From Candidatus Omnitrophota bacterium (lineage in GTDB: Bacteria > Omnitrophota > Gorgyraeia > Gygaellales > JBFMHM01): a stretch of DNA of 64,000 nt. Within the stretch, counting starts at the first letter, position 1. Each line of letters opens with the position of its first letter. The notes under the pieces were generated by a model. It saw only the letters and a list, made by a program, of their open reading frames with translations, made no database searches and had not been told where the DNA came from. A program made the translations under genes and the position numbers. Shown piece after piece: positions 29,311 to 38,016 of the stretch. Where the stretch lies: assembly GCA_040753015.1 (NCBI GenBank), contig JBFMHM010000004.1, positions 10,853 through 74,852 of the forward strand. The letters are read 5' to 3'.

Positions 29311-29739
29311 TCAGAATGTACGAGAGGCTGCTTCTCTATTCTCTTCTTGTGTTTTTGTAACTTCAGAGATAATCTCTTCATTCTTTTTCTTTTTTTGGTC
29401 TGACTTTTCAAACGAAGATTCAGCCTCTTGGCGTTTATTACGCAATTCTTCCTTTAAGTTTTTATCTTCATCATCTTCCATTTCCTTAGGAGATGTTTTT
29501 TTGGCCTTCTTTTTTATATTTTTTTTTGTTATTTTTTTCTTTTTAGCCTTTGGATATTGGTTTTGCTGAGTTTCCTGTTTTACTTCAGTAGTCTTCATAT
29601 ATGCGGAGCTTTTATCTTCGCAATAGGCATTCATTACCCAAAGAACCACGAAAAAAAATCCAAGAAGGACAATTATTTTTATTTGTTCAAGCAATTTTAT
29701 AACCATTTTTGATTTTATTTGAAAGTAACTATCCGCCAT
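29311..29739 (-). CDS. Lys/Glu-rich secreted hypothetical protein
   Basis: Hydrophobic signal-anchor (probable start at Met12, MVIKLLEQIKIIVLLGFFFVV) followed by a highly charged low-complexity region. It is preferred over the overlapping out-of-frame 94-aa ORF. Confidence 0.4.
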   Translation of the reverse strand: MADSYFQIKSKMVIKLLEQIKIIVLLGFFFVVLWVMNAYCEDKSSAYMKTTEVKQETQQNQYPKAKKKKITKKNIKKKAKKTSPKEMEDDEDKNLKEELRNKRQEAESSFEKSDQKKKKNEEIISEVTKTQEENREAASRTF

Positions 29740-30142
29740 AAATCACAGCAATGATCATCCCCTGCAATGGAGCCTTAACTAATTCAAGAATTGTCCAATA
29801 AATAACAACAGTGGTAGAAACAGTCATAAATGCGTATGTAGCAAGCATGCCTGGCAATATTCCTACAACCCAAACACATAATCCAAAAACAAGCCCCTTT
29901 ATAAATTTGTTCTTTCCAGGAATACCTTTACTTATTAATGCATACACAAAAGAAAGCAAAATACTTAATATTAAGCTCCCAATCATAAACATTACACCTG
30001 GTGGGCCATCCATAGGCTTCCATATATTAGTCGGCTCTATTTTATACACCCAATTAAAAATACCTCCGCAAGTCAACATGCCAACGATTGCATTAAAAAT
30101 TGTTATCACTACTCCTGCTGTCAATATTTTCCCTATTCTCAT
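29729..30142 (-). CDS. Hypothetical integral membrane protein
   Basis: Four predicted TM helices. The start is set at the internal Met (MRIGKILTAG) because the longer ORF runs into the IS terminal repeat. Confidence 0.45.
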   Translation of the reverse strand: MRIGKILTAGVVITIFNAIVGMLTCGGIFNWVYKIEPTNIWKPMDGPPGVMFMIGSLILSILLSFVYALISKGIPGKNKFIKGLVFGLCVWVVGILPGMLATYAFMTVSTTVVIYWTILELVKAPLQGMIIAVIYGG

Positions 30143-30249
30143 TAAAGCATCTCCTCTTTTATTTTTAATCCATTTCTGCGCCAAAAGCAAAAAAAACGGG
30201 TAGAAGGGGACGGAATGCGATATCCCGAGTTTAACGGACATATTAATTA

Positions 30250-31055
30250 TTATACAGCATTTAGCTCCATCTGCTCTGGAGTAAGATAATTTAATGTTTG
30301 ATACAACCTTTGCTTATTGTAAAAAATTTCTATAAATTTAAATATTTCTGATTTTGCCTGATCTCGCGACATAAATTTTTCTCCAATAATTAATTCATTT
30401 TTCAATGTACTAAAGAAACTTTCAGCTACGGCATTGTCGTAACAATCTCCCTTTCGGCTCATGCTTGGCACTAGGCCAAAGGTGGTTAGCTTATTCCTGT
30501 AGTCATCTGAACCATAGATACTGCCGCGATCGGTATGATGCAATACTTCTGATTGCGGTTTGCGCTTTTTATGGCCATATCTAAGGCATTAGCGACTAGT
30601 TCTTTATTGTTTCTTTCAGACATTGACCAGCCGATTACTTTGCGTGAATATAAATCCAATAATATTGCCAAATATAGCCATCCATTTCGTGTTGCGACAA
30701 AAGTTACATCGCCCACCCATACCTTATTTGGTTTTGTAATTTTAAAACAACGATTTAACAGATTAGGCGCTATCCATTCAGTATTTTTTGATAGTGTTGT
30801 AACCTTGAATCTTCTGCGCCGCTTAGTCTCAATACCGTTTACTCTTCTAAGCCTAGCTATGCGATGCTTACCGCAACAAATCCCTTTAACCTTAAGTGCC
30901 TTCCAAGTTTTTATTGTACCATAATTTTTTCTTGATGTAATATGGATTTGCCGGATTTCTTCAATCAATAACTTATCAAGGAGCTTTCTTTTACTGAGCG
31001 GCCTTGTTTTCCAATCATAGTAGCCGCTTCTGCTAACCTTTAAAACTTTACACAT
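30250..31055 (-). pseudogene. IS3-family transposase OrfB (integrase core) disrupted by a frameshift
   Basis: Two overlapping ORFs (30486..31055 and 30250..30543) together span an rve/DDE domain (WVGDVTFV...; HHTDRGSIYGS...; YDNAVAESFF). The frame break is near 30486-30543. Confidence 0.7.
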
Positions 31056-31102
31056 TTTTTGGACCCCATATTGACAGTTATTTTCGCTAATAAAAGCGTA
31101 CT

Positions 31103-31399
31103 TTACTTGAGGTCCCTGGCAAAGTACGCTGCTGCTTTTTTTAATATATCCCGTTCTTCGGTTACTTCTTTTAGTTCCTTTTTAAGCCGGGCTACTTCGC
31201 TCATTTGGTCGAGCTTTGGCCGACCCGAACCAGAGAAAGCCGCTTCTCCTTTTCCCCTAATCTGATCTCTCCAGCGATAGAGTAGGGTACGTTTTACCCC
31301 TAGCTCCATAGCTAGTTCACTGGCAGGTTTTTCACCAGCATTCAACAGCCTAACTGCTTCAAGTTTAAACTCTTTTGGATACCTTCCCCGAACATCCAT
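31103..31399 (-). CDS. IS3-family transposase OrfA (HTH)
   Basis: 98 aa; EFKLEAVRL...LGVKRTLLYRWRDQ matches the IS3/IS911 OrfA helix-turn-helix and leucine zipper. Confidence 0.8.
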   Translation of the reverse strand: MDVRGRYPKEFKLEAVRLLNAGEKPASELAMELGVKRTLLYRWRDQIRGKGEAAFSGSGRPKLDQMSEVARLKKELKEVTEERDILKKAAAYFARDLK

Positions 31400-31635
31400 T
31401 GGACACCTCCTTTGGGCATTATACCCATTTTTTTGTGTCCGTCAAATCGGGGTTAGCGCAGAAAGCGAACCCTACAACCCCTTAAAATACCGCTACTTAT
31501 AAGAATCCATCGAAAGCGTAGCATGGGTTGGCTTATCGCCCTAGACGTACCCGTCTTCAGTAAACCGATAAAACCCAAAGAGCCACCAACTTCAGAACCC
31601 TATTACGATTACGTAATTTAACGCCTACTTATTTA

Positions 31636-32337
31636 TTAGCTCTTTTCCCAGAAAAGCTCTCCGGAAGCGCTCACGATAAAAAGACGCACATATTGCTTCT
31701 TCCAAGATTCATTTTCTGATAAAAATTCCCCAATTTCCTTCTGTTCTTTACCTCGCGGAAACTTTAGGTAATCGTCAAAATACACCAATAAAGCGGTCAT
31801 ATTTGGTCTTTGAACGACTTCCGTTTTATTATCTATCGCTATCTTAATCTGATCTATCTTTTCTAAGATCGATTTGTGCCCCTCTCCCGTTTCATCTTCC
31901 ACTAAAATTCGCAAACCAGTTATTTTGGTACCTTCTTTGGTAACTTTTCCAGTTGTGCTAACATGGCCTTGTTCTAAAAAATATAACATCCGAAGATGCT
32001 CTTCTTCATTTCTATCTGCTTGGGTAATCTCTATATACTCGGGGATGGATTCCTTGACGCCCTTAAGTTTAACATCAAAATTCTGATCACCGAGACAATA
32101 TTCAATCTCTACATCATGCCACTCCTCCTTCTTGCGTTGAATCAAGCGGTAGAGCGGAAACAATTCTTCATAAAATTTCTTTGCGATACCTTTATGTAAA
32201 ATATTTTGTTTTTTTAGTTCTTCTCTATGGTCTCTTGTAATCGCTAGTTTTTGTTCAAACCATTCAATAAACTCTGCTGGAGTTCTTGCTTGAGAAAGCT
32301 CGGTTTCAGTTAGATAGTCTTCGAGTATTAGGTTCAT
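31636..32337 (-). CDS. Hypothetical protein (cargo of the IS/tRNA-associated island)
   Basis: 233-aa ORF with no recognisable motif. Its GC is higher than the host backbone, and it sits 11 nt downstream of the 160-aa gene. Confidence 0.45.
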   Translation of the reverse strand: MNLILEDYLTETELSQARTPAEFIEWFEQKLAITRDHREELKKQNILHKGIAKKFYEELFPLYRLIQRKKEEWHDVEIEYCLGDQNFDVKLKGVKESIPEYIEITQADRNEEEHLRMLYFLEQGHVSTTGKVTKEGTKITGLRILVEDETGEGHKSILEKIDQIKIAIDNKTEVVQRPNMTALLVYFDDYLKFPRGKEQKEIGEFLSENESWKKQYVRLFIVSASGELFWEKS

Positions 32338-32348
32338 TCATCCCCTTT

Positions 32349-32831
32349 TTAAACCATTACTTCGGGCTTCCACTCTATAATTGGCTTGAAAGCATTCCAC
32401 CTTGCTTCCCCCGTTATTTCAGGCCGATAATCTTTATTGGTTTCAATTTCAAACGCCCCTCCGGGACAAACCATAACCCACAATTTCGGCATAAAAGGTG
32501 AAAAAATCTTGGCCCAACTCTTATAATGATTATTTGACCAAAAAATTAACACTTCTTGACCTTGCTCAACCTTCTCAAAAGCCATGCATAAATGCTTGTA
32601 GTCCTGTTTATGGAAAATGAGGCCTGTGACAGGCTCAGTGAATTTTGAACATATCACTGATAAAACCGCATAAGGATAATATTTACGGCCATTAATTTCG
32701 AATTCTTGGGTTTTATCAAAACGAAGGAATTTGGTTATTTTACAAAGAACCCCGTCAATTTCAGCCCATTGCTTATTGTTAATAAATGCTTTTGGGGGCA
32801 ATTCGTACTCCTCTAGGGTTCGCGTCCACAA
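32349..32831 (-). CDS. Hypothetical protein (cargo of the IS/tRNA-associated island)
   Basis: 160-aa ORF with no recognisable motif and higher GC. It starts ~50 nt downstream of the tRNA-Ser(UGA) 3' end. Confidence 0.45.
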   Translation of the reverse strand: MWTRTLEEYELPPKAFINNKQWAEIDGVLCKITKFLRFDKTQEFEINGRKYYPYAVLSVICSKFTEPVTGLIFHKQDYKHLCMAFEKVEQGQEVLIFWSNNHYKSWAKIFSPFMPKLWVMVCPGGAFEIETNKDYRPEITGEARWNAFKPIIEWKPEVMV

Positions 32832-32883
32832 TTAGTGTGAACATTTTTCCCTTCCCTACTCGTCGGAGGGTTCATCAAAAAAA

Positions 32884-32973
32884 CTGGCGGAGAGGCTGGG
32901 ATTCGAACCCAGGGTGGGCATAAACCCACAACAGTTTTCAAGACTGCCGCTTTCAACCGCTCAGCCACCTCTC
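32884..32973 (-). tRNA. tRNA-Ser (anticodon UGA)
   Basis: GGAGAGG acceptor, long variable arm, anticodon loop CUUGAAA. The CCA end is encoded. Confidence 0.85.
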
Positions 32974-33039
32974 CAAATTTTTTTCAAAAATTTAGAGAAA
33001 TCTCGCCACTTCACCAAAGGTAAACGGCGGACTCTCCCA

Positions 33040-33300
33040 TTATTTTATATTAAGTTTATAATCTTTTATTAAATCCTTCAATCTTCTTCGGCCAGTTGTT
33101 GTCTTAAAAAAACTTTCCCTCTGTCGCGCCTCAATTAAACTGTTAAATCTTTCTTTATATATTATACTGAATGGTTTATATGCTTTTGTTGACCTAACCC
33201 TACCACCATTATGCTCTCTTAATCTCTTCTCAACATCTAAAGTACAACCAACATATGTTCGATATTTTAGCTTACTAAAAAGAATGTAAACATAATACAT
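33040..33300 (-). CDS. Small GIY-YIG nuclease-domain protein (YhbQ/UPF0213-like)
   Basis: 86 aa; YVYIL...YVGCT..V..R...H motif characteristic of the GIY-YIG fold. Confidence 0.7.
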   Translation of the reverse strand: MYYVYILFSKLKYRTYVGCTLDVEKRLREHNGGRVRSTKAYKPFSIIYKERFNSLIEARQRESFFKTTTGRRRLKDLIKDYKLNIK

Positions 33301-33400
33301 TCATACCGCCGCTTTTCCGCCTCGACAAAATTATTTTATAATTTTGTCGGGCGAGATCTCACCATTTTGCCTCGTTGTATTACAACGGGCGAATGGTGGA

Positions 33401-33424
33401 CAACCGCTCAGCCACCTCTCCAAA
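33401..33424 (-). repeat. 24-bp direct repeat: copy of the tRNA-Ser(UGA) 5' end (pseudo-tRNA fragment)
   Basis: CAACCGCTCAGCCACCTCTCCAAA is identical to 32953-32976. It covers tRNA positions 1-21 plus 3 nt of 5' flank, then diverges. Confidence 0.8.
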
Positions 33425-33426
33425 AC

Positions 33427-34035
33427 TTATCCGAACAACTGACCAAAAACTGCAGAATAAAAAGTTTTAATAATACTAAATGTATCTTTTGCTACATCTA
33501 AAAAAGCAAATTCTTTCATTACTAAACTTAATAATAAAGCAATTAAAAAGAAATTTAATAAATATATTAAAGAAAAACTAAATAGATAATTAATTATCGC
33601 GTTCTTGCCATCTTCTACATTACGCATTTCCTCTGCAGTTAAAACTAAATGTAAAGTTGCGCTAAAACTAAATAATAGTAAGAAATAATTTAATAAATTT
33701 GGGTTATTATAAAATAAAGATGTTAAAAAATAAATTACAAATACAATAATGCTAAAAATTGGAAAAATATGTGGCGCAACTTCAAAAAACGAAGAAAAGG
33801 CCTTTGAACCTTCTTGAGAAATCTCTTTTCCTTTATCATAAACTTTAGTTGGTTTAAAAATAAATAGGTGCAATATTAAATAACAAATCACTCCACCATA
33901 GAAATAACTTAAATTCGTATTAGACAGACCGCTTAATTCAGCTACCAAAGCATGAGTTATAGCGTATACTACAGGAATTAAAAATAAACCGAACATACAT
34001 TTCACTATATTTAATAAAGGATCTAATTTAGCCAA
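33427..34035 (-). CDS. Hypothetical integral membrane protein
   Basis: 202 aa with ~6 predicted TM helices. Its start overlaps the serS stop. Confidence 0.45.
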   Translation of the reverse strand: MAKLDPLLNIVKCMFGLFLIPVVYAITHALVAELSGLSNTNLSYFYGGVICYLILHLFIFKPTKVYDKGKEISQEGSKAFSSFFEVAPHIFPIFSIIVFVIYFLTSLFYNNPNLLNYFLLLFSFSATLHLVLTAEEMRNVEDGKNAIINYLFSFSLIYLLNFFLIALLLSLVMKEFAFLDVAKDTFSIIKTFYSAVFGQLFG

Positions 34036-35323
34036 TTTTTTTCGCTCCTCTCATATACGGCCGCAATACTTTTGGTATAAGTATTGAACCGCCCTTCTGC
34101 TGATAATTTTCTAAAATTGCAATTACTGTACGCGCAAGTGCAACCCCTGAACCATTTAACGTATGAACATAATCTATCTTTTTATCAACTGCTCTAAACT
34201 TAATGTTTGCCCGGCGAGCCTGAAAACTTTCAAAATTCGAACAACTCGATACTTCAAGCCATTTATCAATGCCCGGCGCATATACTTCGATATCATAACA
34301 CATGCTTGCTGCAAAGCTTAAATCACCACTTGCAAGCAAAACTATCCTATAAGGTAAATCTAAAAGTTGCAAGACTTTTTCTGCACATTTTACAAGCGAC
34401 TCAAGCTCATTATAAGATTTATCTGGATGGACAAATTTCACCATTTCTACCTTATCAAACTGATGCACGCGAATTAATCCGCGCGTATCTTTGCCATAAG
34501 AACCTGCCTCTTTACGAAAACAAGCAGAATAAGCAGTTAAATAGACTGGCAAATCTTTTTCTTCCAACACTTCATCGCGATAAATATTCGTTACCGGAAC
34601 TTCTGCAGTTGGGATTAGAAATAAATCTTCATCAGATATCCGATACATATCATCTTCTAACTTTGGTAATTGTCCTGTGCCAAACATTGAAGCGCGATTA
34701 ACTAAAAAAGGAGTGAACACTTCACTAAAACCGTGTTTCGTTGTATGTAAATCAAGCATGAAATTAATTAATGCCCTCTCAAGCTGCGCCCCTTGTTTTT
34801 TATAGAGAATATAATTTGATCCTGTAATTTTTGCTCCACGTTCAAAATCGATAATATCTAACTTTTGAGCTAGCTCGATATGAGTTTGCGCGGAAAATTT
34901 TAATTTTTTCGGCTCATTCCAGGTGCGTACAATTCTATTTTTTGAAGCATCACCCACCGGAACAAATTTAGAAGGAACATTAGGAATCCTAATTAATAAA
35001 TCGCTAAGTTCTGGCTCAACTTCTTTTAAAATATTCTTTAACTCAGTAATTTTATTAGAAATTTCTTTCATTGAGCCAGTTACCTCTTTAATATCTTTTT
35101 TCTCTTTTAAAAGGCGCGTGATTTCATCATTTGCCTGATTTTTCTTTTGCAATAAAGCTTCTAGCTCTGCCTGCGAGCTTCTTCTCTTATTATCCAACGC
35201 AATTATTCTATCTATATCAATTTCAATATTTTTTCCGCCAAAGGCGGATCCGCCTCGGGCGGAATTTTTTAAAGCTGTTTTGACTAAATCAATATTTTCC
35301 CTAATAAATTTTATATCAAGCAT
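34028..35323 (-). CDS. serS: Seryl-tRNA synthetase
   Basis: 431 aa with an N-terminal coiled-coil arm and class II aaRS motifs (FRKEAGSYGKDTRGLIRVHQF, GSGVALARTV). Confidence 0.9.
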   Translation of the reverse strand: MLDIKFIRENIDLVKTALKNSARGGSAFGGKNIEIDIDRIIALDNKRRSSQAELEALLQKKNQANDEITRLLKEKKDIKEVTGSMKEISNKITELKNILKEVEPELSDLLIRIPNVPSKFVPVGDASKNRIVRTWNEPKKLKFSAQTHIELAQKLDIIDFERGAKITGSNYILYKKQGAQLERALINFMLDLHTTKHGFSEVFTPFLVNRASMFGTGQLPKLEDDMYRISDEDLFLIPTAEVPVTNIYRDEVLEEKDLPVYLTAYSACFRKEAGSYGKDTRGLIRVHQFDKVEMVKFVHPDKSYNELESLVKCAEKVLQLLDLPYRIVLLASGDLSFAASMCYDIEVYAPGIDKWLEVSSCSNFESFQARRANIKFRAVDKKIDYVHTLNGSGVALARTVIAILENYQQKGGSILIPKVLRPYMRGAKKIG

Positions 35324-35332
35324 TGTAACTCC

Positions 35333-36793
35333 TCAGCCTTTTATTACGCCTATTGGACGCATTCTACAGACTTTTTTCGATATACCTGCCTTATGCACTA
35401 CATCAACCACATCGTTTACATCTTTATAAGCACCCGGCTGCTCTTCATCCAAACCAAATCTGCCTGAAGCCAGAGCAAATATACCTTTTTCTTCTAATTC
35501 GCGCCTGATTGAACGGCCCCTTGCATTTTTTATTGCCGCAGCGCGCGACATAAGACGGCCTGCGCCATGGCAGGTTGAACCAAAAGTCTCCTCTTCTGCC
35601 TTTTTTGTGCCAACTAACAAATAAGAATTTCTTCCCATATCACCGGGAATTATTACGGGTTGGCCTGTCTCTCTATATTTTTCCGGCAATGCTTTATTTT
35701 GCGGGCCAAAAGCACGCGTTGCCCCTTTTCTATGCACACAAAGTAATCTTTCCTTGCCATTTATTTTATATTTTTCAAGCTTTGCGATGTTATGAGCTAC
35801 ATCGTAAATCAGATCCATTCCCATTGAAGGCCAAGATTTATTAAAAAATTTTTCAAATACATCGCGCGCTAAATACATTAAACATTGCCGGTTTGCCCAA
35901 GCGTAATTTGCAGCGCATCGCATTGCGCCCAAATATGCCCTTGCTTCTTGGGAATTCACCGGTGCACAAGCAAGTTGACGGTCTGGCACATTTATGTTAT
36001 ATTTTTGCAAACACTGAATCATGCTTTTCGTGTAATCATCGCAAACTTGATAACCAAAACCACGCGATCCAGAATGAATCATAATTGTAATTTGATTTTC
36101 TTCTAAACCAAAGGCATCGGTAATACCACGGTTAAATATTTGATCGATAACCTGTAATTCTAAAAAATGATTACCTGATCCAAGCGTGCCTGACTGCGCC
36201 TTGCCTCGTTCATAAGCTCGCTCAGAAACACCAGATAGATCTGCACCAGCAATTGCACCGTTTTCTTCAGTTGCATCTAAGTCTTCCTTTACACCAAAAC
36301 CTTTTTCAACCGCCCACCTTGCGCCTTTAATTAAAATTTGTTTTTCTTCTTGAACGCTTACTTTAATCTGGCCTTTTGAGCCAACTCCAGCGGGTATTTC
36401 ATTAAATAATTTACAAACTAAATCTTTTAGTTTGTCTTTAACGTCGTCGTATTTAAAATTTGTCCGGACTAATCTAATCCCACAATTGATATCGAAACCA
36501 ACTCCTCCAGGAGAAACTACGCCACCTGCCTCAACATCAGTTGCGCACACACCTCCAATAGGAAAACCATACCCCCAATGAATATCAGGCATTGCCATTG
36601 AAACACCAACTATGCCTGGTAAAAAAGCAACATTAGCTACCTGTTCTGGAGCTTTATCATGGCGGATATCTTTTAAGAGCTTTTCATTTGCGTAAATTAT
36701 ACCGTCAACCCGCATTCCCGGCTTATAGCTCTTCGGAATACACCATCTGTAATCGTCAATTTTTTCAAGCGGCCCAGCCCAAATACCTACCAT
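35333..36793 (-). CDS. rtcB: RNA-splicing ligase RtcB
   Basis: 486 aa. The metal-binding His/Cys motifs occur in RtcB order (GSGNHF, CHGAGR), together with the HNIAK motif. Confidence 0.85.
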   Translation of the reverse strand: MVGIWAGPLEKIDDYRWCIPKSYKPGMRVDGIIYANEKLLKDIRHDKAPEQVANVAFLPGIVGVSMAMPDIHWGYGFPIGGVCATDVEAGGVVSPGGVGFDINCGIRLVRTNFKYDDVKDKLKDLVCKLFNEIPAGVGSKGQIKVSVQEEKQILIKGARWAVEKGFGVKEDLDATEENGAIAGADLSGVSERAYERGKAQSGTLGSGNHFLELQVIDQIFNRGITDAFGLEENQITIMIHSGSRGFGYQVCDDYTKSMIQCLQKYNINVPDRQLACAPVNSQEARAYLGAMRCAANYAWANRQCLMYLARDVFEKFFNKSWPSMGMDLIYDVAHNIAKLEKYKINGKERLLCVHRKGATRAFGPQNKALPEKYRETGQPVIIPGDMGRNSYLLVGTKKAEEETFGSTCHGAGRLMSRAAAIKNARGRSIRRELEEKGIFALASGRFGLDEEQPGAYKDVNDVVDVVHKAGISKKVCRMRPIGVIKG

Positions 36794-36817
36794 CGCAATC
36801 TCCTCTAAAACTATTTT

Positions 36818-37276
36818 CTATATCCAAAACCGACTATAATTAACGCTGGTTAATTGTCTAATACCCTCTTCATTAAGCTGACCAGATAATTCCGTAATAC
36901 TGCGTAAGTCAAATTCGTTGTCATCAATATCGTATAGCCACAATCTAAAAACTCTTAGTTTTTTATCTTCAACTAAAATAGTAACCCATAATCCGCCGAA
37001 GCTATTATCTTGAAGACCGATAACCAAAAATTTATTATCATAAATATCCTTAAATTTTTCACCATCAACAATAGCTAATTTGGCATCAGGATATGCTTTT
37101 TGCGTATAAATGTATGAGTCAAAATTCCTCCTAATTTCACAAGGAATTGGTGTATTATATATCTTATGCAAACCCTTAATTCCATCCGCAAAAACTATAC
37201 TAGTAAAAACTAAAAATGAAATTATAAATATAGCAATAACGTAATATGCCTGTTTCATATCATCACCTAATCGCAT
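36818..37276 (-). CDS. Hypothetical secreted protein
   Basis: 152 aa with a signal-anchor. Confidence 0.4.
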   Translation of the reverse strand: MRLGDDMKQAYYVIAIFIISFLVFTSIVFADGIKGLHKIYNTPIPCEIRRNFDSYIYTQKAYPDAKLAIVDGEKFKDIYDNKFLVIGLQDNSFGGLWVTILVEDKKLRVFRLWLYDIDDNEFDLRSITELSGQLNEEGIRQLTSVNYSRFWI

Positions 37277-37977
37277 ATAAACACGGGATGATCATCTATT
37301 GTAACCCAATGTCCTTCTGTACAGCGTATACGCGGCTTTTTACCTTCTTTTTGTTTTGAATTCTTATCTGCCGAGGATTTTTGTGCAAATTCAGCTTCAT
37401 AAAAGAGAACTTTCTCGATATATCCTCTTATCTCTTCTGCTTTATTTTTTGTAGCCCCCGCTGCCTCTAGAAATTCCTTCACATCATTCCATAATTGAGG
37501 ATTTTTGCCTTTTTCTTGTGCAAGATACTGAGCATCAGCGACGCGCCTTTGTCCACCATTATAAGCTCCAAGAACAAAATTTTTCCGTTCTAACGAATTT
37601 AGGACCGGAATAGTTTTTGAATCTTTTGTTAATATAGTTTCCTTAGCAAACATAGTATTAAGATCCTTTAGATATCTTGCCGCGGCGGACGAAGCATAAT
37701 CAATATCAAAACGTTGATCATTTTCTTTCGAAACAGTTAAATTGTATTCTTTAGCGGTAGCGGATTCAAAATGGAAATGACCTGCCGCAGCAGTAATGCC
37801 GCGTTTTCTTTGCTCCTTTCCAAAGCTACTTTCCTGGCCATATATAGCCTCGAGTGTATTTACTGTTAAAACATCATCATCATCAAAATGGCGTGATGCA
37901 TTTTCAAGCGCTTTACGACTATGTTCTGTCTCTAGTTTAAGCCATACATCCACATTAGAATTTTGTCTGTTTGCCAT
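37267..37977 (-). CDS. Lytic transglycosylase (SLT-domain)-like protein
   Basis: GQESSFG (ES motif), AAGHFHF (GLMQ-like) and AYNGG (AYNAG-like) occur in the correct order; 236 aa. Confidence 0.55.
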   Translation of the reverse strand: MANRQNSNVDVWLKLETEHSRKALENASRHFDDDDVLTVNTLEAIYGQESSFGKEQRKRGITAAAGHFHFESATAKEYNLTVSKENDQRFDIDYASSAAARYLKDLNTMFAKETILTKDSKTIPVLNSLERKNFVLGAYNGGQRRVADAQYLAQEKGKNPQLWNDVKEFLEAAGATKNKAEEIRGYIEKVLFYEAEFAQKSSADKNSKQKEGKKPRIRCTEGHWVTIDDHPVFICD

Positions 37978-38016
37978 AGCTAGTATCTCCTTTTTGCATA
38001 AAATATAATGTCACTT

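Larger units (their letters stand above)
30232..31446 (-). mobile_element. IS3-family insertion sequence, degenerate (OrfB frameshifted)
   Basis: The OrfA HTH protein and an OrfB DDE integrase are split into two frames. The termini are imperfect inverted repeats (TGACGGACAC vs TAACGGACAT) at ~31446 and ~30232. The left end carries a TATAAT box and a GGAGG site before orfA. Length is ~1.2 kb, and GC is visibly higher than the flanks. Confidence 0.7.

Noticed and set aside
29127-29411. 94-aa minus-strand ORF overlapping the Lys-rich protein gene
   Set aside because: It is out of frame with, and overlaps, a longer ORF that has a signal-anchor. Its 3' part lies in a GC-rich relic fragment, so it is likely not a real gene.
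30143-30241. Longer start of the membrane-protein ORF (to 30241)
   Set aside because: The extension reads through the IS3 terminal inverted repeat. The internal Met with hydrophobic N-terminus is preferred.
32884-33424. Group I intron carrying a GIY-YIG homing endonuclease inside a tRNA-Ser gene
   Set aside because: The downstream tRNA-Ser(UGA) is complete and uninterrupted. The upstream element is only a 21-nt copy of the tRNA 5' end that diverges in the D-arm rather than the anticodon loop. I could not recognise group I P/Q/R/S core elements by eye. It is retained only as a low-probability alternative inside the direct-repeat finding.
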